This document shows positions 50,420 to 58,637 of a stretch of 64,000 bases of DNA, one piece after another; the first letter of the stretch is position 1; each line of letters begins with the position of its first letter. Under the pieces are notes generated by a model. The model saw only the letters and a program-made list of their open reading frames with translations, did not search any database and had not been told where the DNA came from. The DNA comes from Eubacteriales bacterium (GTDB lineage Bacteria > Bacillota > Clostridia > Oscillospirales > CAG-272). Where the stretch lies: positions 92,638 to 156,637 of the forward strand of contig JAZSPB010000156.1 in assembly GCA_045537235.1 (NCBI GenBank), written 5' to 3'. A program made the position numbers and the translations under genes.

Positions 50420-50965
50420 TCAAGTAAATAAGTATCCGATTTTTCCGGTCAGCAACGCCACGTTTCCGCGATAGATCACATCGGGACGTTCCATATAAAG
50501 TTGCTTCATTCTCTCCACGCGGTTTTCGGTATCCACCACCATGGTGATCTCGAATATTTTTTCTTTTTTCTCGTAAAGTGTGCAAGTAAGATCAAAGCGA
50601 CCGTCCGAACGGCGCTCGGAGGCGCATCTGGCCTCAATTCCTCGCTTCTTGAAGTCCAAATAGCGGAATGCCGCCTCCAAGCTCTTATCCAAAATGGAGG
50701 AAAGAATATCACTGTGCAGCTCGCGTGCCACCAAACGACCTCTCTTGGTCACGGAATAGTACTTTTCCCCGTCCACCTCGGTGTATTCGATCAACTCGGA
50801 ATCCAAAAGCTCGTGAAAGCTCTCGGCAAAATCCAAATACATCACATAGTCGGTCTGCATAACAATGTCATTAATGGAAATAAAATCCAACGGATAATTG
50901 ATATTTTCCATCAAAAACAATACAAATATCTTTACATTTCTTTTCGCAATAACTCCTGCACCCAT
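50420..50965 (-). CDS. DUF4364 family protein (putative winged-helix regulator)
   Basis: 181 aa with a strong RBS (GGAAGGAG) before the ATG at 50965. The N-terminus KIFVLFLMENINYPLD resembles DUF4364 proteins. The family name is from memory. Confidence 0.55.
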   Translation of the reverse strand: MGAGVIAKRNVKIFVLFLMENINYPLDFISINDIVMQTDYVMYLDFAESFHELLDSELIEYTEVDGEKYYSVTKRGRLVARELHSDILSSILDKSLEAAFRYLDFKKRGIEARCASERRSDGRFDLTCTLYEKKEKIFEITMVVDTENRVERMKQLYMERPDVIYRGNVALLTGKIGYLFT

Positions 50966-51056
50966 AAAAAGCTCCTTCCTGAGCGGGATATGCCCTAAAA
51001 ATCCCCTTTTTCAATAATTATTTTACCATATTTCTATGTTTTTTTCAATAGTTTTA

Positions 51057-51085
51057 TTGCATTTGTCAGAAAAATATGGTATACT
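51057..51085 (+). promoter_or_regulatory. Sigma-A promoter of hom
   Basis: TTGCAT (51057-51062), 17 nt, TGgTATACT (51077-51085). Confidence 0.6.
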
Positions 51086-51117
51086 ATTCCTAATCTATAT
51101 TTTTTGTGAGGTATATT

Positions 51118-52335
51118 ATGGTAAACGTAGCCATTCTCGGATTTGGCGTAGTGGGTAGCGGAACCGCAGAGGTTTTGACAGAAAATCTCACGCTCATTGA
51201 AGCACGCATCCACAAAAAGCTGAACATCAAATACATTTTGGATCTGCGCGATTTCCCCGACAGTCCCTTTGCCGACCGCGTGATCCACGACTTTAATATC
51301 ATTCTTGAGGATCCCGAGGTAACGCTTGTGGCAGAGATGATGGGCGGTTCCCATCCTGCGTACGACTTTTCTATTGCCTGCCTTCGCGCCGGCAAGAGCG
51401 TAGTGACATCCAACAAGGAAGTAGTGGCTAACTTCGGTGACGAATTGCTGGCGGTGGCCAAAGAAAACAATGTACGTTATATGTTTGAAGCGAGTGTTGG
51501 TGGCGGCATTCCGATCATTCGACCTCTTGCCAACGACCTTGCGGCTAACCAAGTGCTTTCCATTGACGGAATTCTTAACGGAACCACCAACTATATTTTG
51601 ACGCAAATGGGCACCACCGGCGCTGCCTTTTCCGATGCACTCAAAGAGGCACAGGCCAAAGGTTATGCAGAAGCCAATCCTTCTGCCGACATTGACGGTA
51701 TTGATGCGGCACGCAAGATCACCATTCTCGCGGCTCTTTCTTACGGTGTTCTGTTAGATCCCAACAAGATCTACACGGAAGGCATTACCAAGATTACAAC
51801 CTCTGACATGAAGATCGCAAGCGAGTTGGGCTATGCAATCAAGCTGATCGGTCACTGCGAGAAGATCGGTGACAAAGTGCTTGCTATGGTCAGCCCCCGT
51901 CTCATCCCCGCAAGCAATCCTCTTCACACGATCGACGATGTGTTCAACGGCATTTTGGTTGATACCGATATGCTGGGTGCCACCATGTTCTACGGGCGCG
52001 GTGCAGGCAAGCTTCCCACGGCGAGTGCTGTGGTAGGAGACATCATCGACATCGCCAAAAGCCCCGAAAATGACCCCGCGTTCCCCATGTTCACCAAAGC
52101 TTGCGATTGTAAGATCGCAGATATCGCGGATTACCGTTGCCGCAATATGCTGGTATTGGAAGGAAATCTGAAGGAAAACGGTGCCGAAATAGACAGTTTG
52201 CCCGTTAAAGCTCTTGAGGTTTTCGTTGACAACGGAAGGACTGCGATCATCACGGAAGAAATCACCGAAAAGCAGTGCAGTGATCTTTGCACATCTCTCG
52301 GGGATAAGCTCCTTTCCCGTATCCGCGTTCTTTAA
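51118..52335 (+). CDS. hom: Homoserine dehydrogenase
   Basis: NAD-binding N-terminus VAILGFGVVGSG, catalytic-domain motifs (NGTTNYIL, EADP..DIDG.DAA.K) and a C-terminal ACT-like region. The start is at ATG 51118. Confidence 0.92.
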   Translation: MVNVAILGFGVVGSGTAEVLTENLTLIEARIHKKLNIKYILDLRDFPDSPFADRVIHDFNIILEDPEVTLVAEMMGGSHPAYDFSIACLRAGKSVVTSNKEVVANFGDELLAVAKENNVRYMFEASVGGGIPIIRPLANDLAANQVLSIDGILNGTTNYILTQMGTTGAAFSDALKEAQAKGYAEANPSADIDGIDAARKITILAALSYGVLLDPNKIYTEGITKITTSDMKIASELGYAIKLIGHCEKIGDKVLAMVSPRLIPASNPLHTIDDVFNGILVDTDMLGATMFYGRGAGKLPTASAVVGDIIDIAKSPENDPAFPMFTKACDCKIADIADYRCRNMLVLEGNLKENGAEIDSLPVKALEVFVDNGRTAIITEEITEKQCSDLCTSLGDKLLSRIRVL

Positions 52336-52380
52336 ATGAATATTTAAAAAGGCTGTTGCAAAAACAACAGTCTTTTTTGT

Positions 52381-52588
52381 GGGGGCGCCTGCGGGCGCAG
52401 GAGGTCGCTTTTTTGAAAAAAAGCTCCGCAAAAAACTTTTTTTGATGCGCCTTGGTAAAGTTTGAGCGAACATACAGCTTCCCTTTTGGGCGCCGCTATG
52501 TTTGCAAAAATTCATGAAAGGGTGCTTTAAAAAGTTTTGTGCTCTTTCGAAGAATGTGCTGTTTTTCTCAAAAACGACCGCTGCGGGC
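52381..52588 (+). repeat. Long-hairpin intergenic repeat, copy C
   Basis: GGGGGCGCCTGCGGGCGCAGGAGGTCGCTTTTTTGAAAAAAAGCTCCGCAAAAAACTTTTT ... GAGCGAACATA-loop-TATGTTTGC ... AAAAAGTTTTGTGCTCTTTCGAAGAATGTGC...AAAAACGACC. The left arm is nearly identical to copies A and B. Confidence 0.9.
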
Positions 52589-52609
52589 ATCTTTTGAAAG
52601 CAAAAAATA

Positions 52610-52638
52610 TTGATATCCGGAGTCATCTTTGGTATAAT
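52610..52638 (+). promoter_or_regulatory. Sigma-A promoter of the 133-aa gene
   Basis: TTGATA (52610-52615), 17 nt, TGgTATAAT (52630-52638). Confidence 0.6.
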
Positions 52639-52667
52639 GATGTAAATATTTCGAAAGGTAAAAAAAG

Positions 52668-53069
52668 ATGTTCAACAAATTTTTCGGTCATAACAAAAAA
52701 TGGTATGAAGATTGTAAAAAACTCATCGACGGCACGATTGCCATTCAAGACTTTATAAAACAAAATGCGACCGTAACGCTGTATTATTCCACTCCTTTCG
52801 GTGAAGATGCAAACGGTCGGCAGCAAATATGGGTGCTGTCCAATCGGAAAAATGAAATTCAACATTTCCCTGCATTTTCTTCCAAGAAAAAATGTGCCGA
52901 TTTCCTTTTAGCAATGGGAAGGAAAGACTTTATGATCATCAAGGGCGATCTAATTTCCTTATTGGATTCACTGAACGCTCATCCGCTTCTTCAAAAATTC
53001 GGTGTTGTGATCGATCCCAACTCTGATCTATCCGTTGCCATTGACCCGCAAATACGCGCGATTCATTAA
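52668..53069 (+). CDS. Hypothetical protein (possibly SseB-like)
   Basis: 133-aa ORF with its own promoter and RBS. The SseB-like suggestion rests only on a loose resemblance (PAFSSKKKCADFL...). Confidence 0.45.
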   Translation: MFNKFFGHNKKWYEDCKKLIDGTIAIQDFIKQNATVTLYYSTPFGEDANGRQQIWVLSNRKNEIQHFPAFSSKKKCADFLLAMGRKDFMIIKGDLISLLDSLNAHPLLQKFGVVIDPNSDLSVAIDPQIRAIH

Positions 53070-53154
53070 ATCTTTTCTCTCGCGTGGGAGCCATGCAGCA
53101 ATCGCCCTGCTATTAAAAAAGCGACCGATAAAACCGATCGCTTTGGAATTCTTT

Positions 53155-53940
53155 TTAGTTCATGAAATGAGCCTTGATGTAGTCGCAGCTGGTCTTGATG
53201 CTTTCCATTGCATCACCGGTTGCAAAGTTGGTGTCCTGCTCGACAACAAAGTCTTTGACGCCGATCTTCTCACCCAGAGGAATGATATCCTCAAAGTTGA
53301 TGTTACCGTTACCGATCTCGGTGATGTAAGGCGAATTGCCCTTCTCGCCGCCGCAAGCGCCCATATCCTTCAAGTGAAGAATATCTACGCGACCGGCCAA
53401 ACGCTCCATCATCTTTCTGACATCATATCCGCCGTGCTGTACCCAGTAGGTATCCAAAACGAAGCTGACATTGTCCTTATCAAAGCCCTCAATGAGGTAA
53501 TCCATCACGGTCTTGCCTTCGACTTTCTTGAACTCGAAGCTGTGATTGTGATAAGTAAACTTCATGCCGACTTTAGCCAGCTTTGCGGCGATATCATTGA
53601 CCTGATCAATAAAAGCAAGAATGGCCTCCTTGGAGGTACGAGCCTCACCGGGCATACTTCCAATACCCATATTGGTTGTTCCGAGAATCTTGTGAACCTC
53701 AATGGCCTCGTCCAAATTCTCAACGATCAGTTTCCAGTTATAGTGCGTACCGCAGATAGCAACACCTGCATTATCAGCGCACTCCTTGAAGTACTTTGCA
53801 CTCTCAATATCGGTAATCAAGCCTGCGGTCTGAACCGAATCGTAACCTGCGGCCTTGATCTTAAGGAACGCATCCTTGAGTCCTTCGGGGGTTCCGGTAA
53901 AATCACGAACCGTATAGATCTGAAGTCCTACGCTTTTCAT
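53155..53940 (-). CDS. Sugar phosphate isomerase/epimerase (xylose-isomerase-like TIM barrel)
   Basis: 261 aa with TIM-barrel family motifs (GLQIYTVRD, YHNHSFEF, HLKD). Confidence 0.78.
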   Translation of the reverse strand: MKSVGLQIYTVRDFTGTPEGLKDAFLKIKAAGYDSVQTAGLITDIESAKYFKECADNAGVAICGTHYNWKLIVENLDEAIEVHKILGTTNMGIGSMPGEARTSKEAILAFIDQVNDIAAKLAKVGMKFTYHNHSFEFKKVEGKTVMDYLIEGFDKDNVSFVLDTYWVQHGGYDVRKMMERLAGRVDILHLKDMGACGGEKGNSPYITEIGNGNINFEDIIPLGEKIGVKDFVVEQDTNFATGDAMESIKTSCDYIKAHFMN

Positions 53941-54120
53941 AATAATCCTCTTTCCACGGGAATTCCCGCTGTTTTATTGATAATTTTATTATAATGACCC
54001 CAATGGGAAAAGTCAAGTCTTTTTTTGCACTTTGGGAGAAAATAATTGCCAAGGTTATTGCAAATTTTATAAAATTCATGTATAATATATTGGTAACAAA
54101 GCGAAAAGGAATATCATATA

Positions 54121-54813
54121 ATGAAATATCGGACGATTTTATTGGATGCCGACGGAACACTTCTCGACTTTGTAAAAGCCGAACATGCTGCTCTTTCGGA
54201 TACACTTCGCCATTTTTCTCTTCCCGAAAGTGAATCGATCCACCGCGGATACTCCGAGGCCAATGCCGAGCAGTGGCTCCTTTTGGAAAAGAAGTTAGTG
54301 ACCGGCACACAGCTCAAAATCAATCGCTTTCAGTCATTTTGCAGTAAATTCAATTTTTCACAAGACGCAAAAGCCATGGCCGTCTACTATGAAAATGCTC
54401 TTTCTCGAAAGAGCTATTTGCTTAAGGGCGCGCAAAACATCTGCCGACTTCTTTCGCAACACTGTGAGCTTTTCCTTGTGACAAACGGATTTCAAAAAAT
54501 ACAAAGCACTCGTTTTTACGCCACTCCCCTGCCTCCCTATTTCAAAGGATGCTTTATTTCCGAGGAAATCGGTGTAGAAAAGCCGGATCCTCTGTTCTTT
54601 GAGCGAGTGGCACAGCGCATTCCCGACTTTGAAAAGAAGTCAACACTCATCGTTGGTGATTCCTTGTCCTCTGACATGGCCGGTGGAATCGGATTCGGCA
54701 TTGACACTTGCTGGTATAATCCTTCCGGCAAGGAACCGCCCGCCAATATGACGCTGACTTACATTATATCTTCGCTTTCGCAACTTCAACATATTATTCT
54801 ACGAGGTGAGTAA
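54121..54813 (+). CDS. HAD family hydrolase, YjjG/noncanonical pyrimidine nucleotidase-like
   Basis: DADGTLLDF nucleophile motif, VTNG, and GDSLSSDMAGG motif IV. Confidence 0.82.
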   Translation: MKYRTILLDADGTLLDFVKAEHAALSDTLRHFSLPESESIHRGYSEANAEQWLLLEKKLVTGTQLKINRFQSFCSKFNFSQDAKAMAVYYENALSRKSYLLKGAQNICRLLSQHCELFLVTNGFQKIQSTRFYATPLPPYFKGCFISEEIGVEKPDPLFFERVAQRIPDFEKKSTLIVGDSLSSDMAGGIGFGIDTCWYNPSGKEPPANMTLTYIISSLSQLQHIILRGE

Positions 54814-55722
54814 ATGTTCAACATATCCGCGCTCTGTGCAAAACTTAAAGAACTGAACATTCCCTACTGCGAATCGGTCCCCATGTCGGGATACACCACC
54901 ATGAAGGTGGGAGGCATCGCTTCTGTTGTTGCCGCAGTACGCTCTACAGAGCAATTGGTTACTGCCGTTCGGGAAGCCAAGGCGCACCAAGTGCGATTCG
55001 CCGTCATTGGAAACGGAAGCAATGTTATCTTTGCCGACGATGGCTTTGACGGGCTTGTCATCGTAACATCAGATATCAAAAATCACTTGGTGGAAGGAAA
55101 CACGATCAAGGCAGATTGCGGCGCATCGCTTACCGGGCTTGCTGTCGAGGCACAACGTGCCGGTCTTTCCGGGTTGGAATTCGCTTACGGCATTCCCGGA
55201 ACGCTCGGCGGCGGCATCTATATGAATGCAGGTGCTTACGGAGGAAGTCTTTCAGATGTGGTGATCTCTTCCATCTGCTTTGATACAGAAAACGAAACGG
55301 TGCGCAAGGTCGATATGGAGGAGCATGAATTTTCCTACCGTCACAGCATCTACACCAAGAATCCCAATCTCATTATTCTTGCCGCCATGCTCAAACTGAC
55401 CGAGGATAATCCCATTGAGATCGCCGCCATAATGAGTCAAAACAGAAAGGCGCGAAAGGAAAAGCAGCCCCTTGAATTTCCCAGTGCGGGGAGTGTTTTC
55501 AAGCGTCCTGTTGGATATTATGCAGGCGAACTGATCGAAAAGAGCGGTTTGAAAGGCTACCGTATCGGCGGCGCCGAGGTTTCGGAAAAGCACGCGGGAT
55601 TTATCATCAATCGCGGCGGAGCTACAGCCAATGACGTTATGCAATTGGTGGAGCACATCCGTCACACCGTCTATCGCAATTATCAAGTGGATCTTGACTG
55701 CGAGATCAAATTCATCCGATAA
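54814..55722 (+). CDS. murB: UDP-N-acetylenolpyruvoylglucosamine reductase
   Basis: FAD-binding PCMH domain (TMKVGG...IGNGSN) and a C-terminal domain with AGSVFKRP and GGA.VS.KHAGFIIN. Confidence 0.95.
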   Translation: MFNISALCAKLKELNIPYCESVPMSGYTTMKVGGIASVVAAVRSTEQLVTAVREAKAHQVRFAVIGNGSNVIFADDGFDGLVIVTSDIKNHLVEGNTIKADCGASLTGLAVEAQRAGLSGLEFAYGIPGTLGGGIYMNAGAYGGSLSDVVISSICFDTENETVRKVDMEEHEFSYRHSIYTKNPNLIILAAMLKLTEDNPIEIAAIMSQNRKARKEKQPLEFPSAGSVFKRPVGYYAGELIEKSGLKGYRIGGAEVSEKHAGFIINRGGATANDVMQLVEHIRHTVYRNYQVDLDCEIKFIR

Positions 55723-55724
55723 TT

Positions 55725-58013
55725 ATGAACTTGTTTTACCGAAGAAATTTAGCACTCTTTTGTGCATTGTTTGCAGTCGCTTGTATTGGCGGCTGCTTTT
55801 TGCAATCATGGATAAAATTGATGGTCGGTTTGATATTGTTCGGCTTTTCGGCGGTGCTGTTGTTATTGCTCATCTTTCTGAAACCGCACAGAGCCGCCTT
55901 TTTGAAGCTTCTCCTCTGTTTCGTTTTCATCGCTTCGGCACTTCTTGAATCCTATGCTTTCATCGATCGGAAAAAGGAACAGTTTGACTCGCTCATCGGA
56001 ACCGAAGCAGAAGCGGAATGCCTTATCGTCAGTCGAAAATACACTGCGGTCTACGCATCTTCCTTTGATGTGATCGCCAGCATAAACGGTATTTCCTTCA
56101 ACAGCATCCTCGACTGTGAGTATGCGGGAGATTTCTCCGTGGGAGATTTAGTAACGGGAACCGTCTCGGTCGCTCCCATCGGAGAAAAATATCAAAATAC
56201 CGACTACTATCTTGCCCGCGGAATCCGTGTTTATCTCACATCCTTCACCGATAGTCTCGAAACGGTCGAAACCGGCCTCGTCAATTTTTCCATCCAAATG
56301 CAACGTCTGAACACTCGTCTGTCACGCATCTTTGAGTTGGAGATCGGCGGTGATGAAGCCGACCTTGCCTCAGCGATCACACTGGGCAATAAAGATCTTT
56401 TGGCCAACGATATCGTCCGTGACTTCGGTCGCTGCGGACTTTCTCACATCCTCGCTATCAGCGGTATGCACCTTTCGATCATTATGACGGCATTGGAAGC
56501 ATTGCTCAACCGGATCGGGATTCGAAAAAAGTGGCGTTGCTTTTGGGTGTTCTCGATCGCGCTGTTTTTTCTTGCACTGACCGGATTTTCGCTCTCTACT
56601 GTCCGCGCATTCATCATGATGACCTTTGTCTATCTCGCGTCACTTGCACACGCGGATAATGACGCAATTACCTCCTTGTTTTTCTCGCTGTTCATCATTC
56701 TTGCCGTGTCTCCCGAATCGGTACATGACATCGGTCTTTGGCTTTCCGTACTTGCCGTCCTCGGCATTCTCGTGTTCAATGAGCTCAACAAATATTTCAA
56801 AAAGAAGCTGTATCAAAGCCACCTCAATAAACGTGCGGCAAAAATCCTGTTGTCTCTGATCTCGGCACTCGGCATTACGCTCGCCGTCAACATCTTTGTA
56901 TGCTTTCTTATTTGGTTGTATTTCGGTGAGCTTTCCTTGGTCGCCCCTTTGACCAACTGGGTCATCTCACCGCTTGCCAACCTATTTTTGTTTCTCTCGC
57001 CGATCAAGCTGATCACCTCGATCTTTTCGCCGCTCGCCTTTCTCTCACAGCCGTTGACGGAAGTCCTCCGCTTGATCGGCGGCTTGATGATCGATATCAT
57101 TGCCGAAATGTCTTCGTGGGAAAGCATTACGGTCTCACTGGAATATCGCTTTGCGGGCTATATCATTCTTCCCGCTTCCCTTCTTCTCTTGGTCTGTCTG
57201 ATCTTACCCTTACGGCGGAAAATATGGATCCCGCTTATCCCCACAGTCGCCTCTCTGATTTTTTGCGGGTGTTTGATGCACTATAACCACACCAATGCAG
57301 ACAAGATTACCCTTGATTTCTTATCATCGGGGGAATCCGAAATGATGGTACTGACAACAACCAAAGATACTGTAATATGCGATGTGTCGACGGGCGCCAA
57401 CAAATATCTGTATGAAGCCATTGCTTTTTCGGAACAACGAATGTCCACCGAGGTTTCAGCGCTGGTTCTCACGCACTATCATTCCTATCACATCAGCACA
57501 TTCTCCAAAAATGCAGACCGATTCATGATTCGAAAGCTATATCTCCCCATTCCGCAAAACGAAAACGAGCATTCTTTCATGCAATCGCTGATTAATGTTT
57601 CACAAAACAAAGGGATTGATGTGGTAATTTTTGACAGCAACAAACCACTCTCGCCCACCGAAAATATTACGTTGGAGTTGTCCGAGCGAGTTCTGCTTTC
57701 CCGCTCCACGCATCCGACCTTTGTTCTGACCGTCTCGGCATTTGGCGATCAGTTGACCTACATTGCCGAATCGGCACACGATTCCGAAATACTCCGAGAA
57801 AAGGCCTCGCGGGAGATTGAAACGGCGGACTATGTGATCTTTGGCACACACGGTCCGATTACCAAGACTGATTTTTCTTACGAAGGGTTATCGGACAAGC
57901 AATATGTAGTTATTTTTGACGAAAATGTATTGTCGCATTTTGATCCGAGTGACACACGAAATTTGATCGTTGAATCTTCTGTCGTTACGTTCCGTTTTGA
58001 GGCAGATGATTGA
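55725..58013 (+). CDS. comEC: DNA internalization-related competence protein ComEC/Rec2
   Basis: 762 aa with N-terminal TM/DUF4131-like, central competence-channel domain (GLSHILAISGMHL) and a C-terminal metallo-beta-lactamase-like domain. Confidence 0.88.
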   Translation: MNLFYRRNLALFCALFAVACIGGCFLQSWIKLMVGLILFGFSAVLLLLLIFLKPHRAAFLKLLLCFVFIASALLESYAFIDRKKEQFDSLIGTEAEAECLIVSRKYTAVYASSFDVIASINGISFNSILDCEYAGDFSVGDLVTGTVSVAPIGEKYQNTDYYLARGIRVYLTSFTDSLETVETGLVNFSIQMQRLNTRLSRIFELEIGGDEADLASAITLGNKDLLANDIVRDFGRCGLSHILAISGMHLSIIMTALEALLNRIGIRKKWRCFWVFSIALFFLALTGFSLSTVRAFIMMTFVYLASLAHADNDAITSLFFSLFIILAVSPESVHDIGLWLSVLAVLGILVFNELNKYFKKKLYQSHLNKRAAKILLSLISALGITLAVNIFVCFLIWLYFGELSLVAPLTNWVISPLANLFLFLSPIKLITSIFSPLAFLSQPLTEVLRLIGGLMIDIIAEMSSWESITVSLEYRFAGYIILPASLLLLVCLILPLRRKIWIPLIPTVASLIFCGCLMHYNHTNADKITLDFLSSGESEMMVLTTTKDTVICDVSTGANKYLYEAIAFSEQRMSTEVSALVLTHYHSYHISTFSKNADRFMIRKLYLPIPQNENEHSFMQSLINVSQNKGIDVVIFDSNKPLSPTENITLELSERVLLSRSTHPTFVLTVSAFGDQLTYIAESAHDSEILREKASREIETADYVIFGTHGPITKTDFSYEGLSDKQYVVIFDENVLSHFDPSDTRNLIVESSVVTFRFEADD

Positions 58014-58390
58014 TGACACCTGTGGCAGGGAGAGGGACACTTTTTTGAAGCCGCGTTTTCACATCCATCGGTTGATTTTCAGCAAAGTCGGATAGGGCAA
58101 ACGGTTTGAACGTGCTAAATAAGGCTTTCTCCGAGAGGAAGCTGTCGCTGTAGGCGATTGAGGGAGACTGCGCAACCTTGTCATTTGTGCTCTTGATATG
58201 GCAAGTTCTCCCCGCTTGTGCCGCAAACTCCTTCCGTCACGGCTACGCCGTGCCACCTCCCTCTCGGAGGTAGGCTTTTGCTCACCATTTTGCGAGTGCT
58301 AGCTCATCAATAAATCCAAATTCAAATACATCAAATCGTATGACAAATTAAATTAGAAATCAATTCCAAGAATCCTTCATCTAATATGAA

Positions 58391-58576
58391 AGAGCCTTTG
58401 AAAAAACTCCGCAAAAATCTCTTGTCTTGCCCCCATGGTAGTGTTTGAGCCAACATACTGCTTCCATTAGGATATCAGTATGTTTGCCAAAACTACCAAA
58501 AAGAGCAGATCAAAAGTTTTTGCGGAGTTTTTTAGAGCAACAGACATTTTACAAAATGTCCTAATGCCGAAGGCGC
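58391..58576 (+). repeat. Long-hairpin intergenic repeat, copy D (shorter; outer GC-rich ends degenerate or absent)
   Basis: GAGCCTTTGAAAAAACTCCGCAAAAATCT...GTTTGAGCCAACATACTG-loop-CAGTATGTTTGCCAAAACTA...AAAAGTTTTTGCGGAGTTTTTTAGAGC. A weak match to the outer arm lies at 58558-58576. Confidence 0.8.
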
Positions 58577-58637
58577 ACTGCGCTCTCCCCTTTTTGTATC
58601 CCTTTACGCTTCAGCCTTATCTGCTTTTGAGAGGATT

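Noticed and set aside
46198-58576. Whether the four repeated elements could be a CRISPR array or rRNA/tRNA-related repeats.
   Set aside because: The units are 150-220 bp, self-complementary, separated by 2.6-5.8 kb of ordinary genes and not regularly spaced. There are no spacers and no cas genes.
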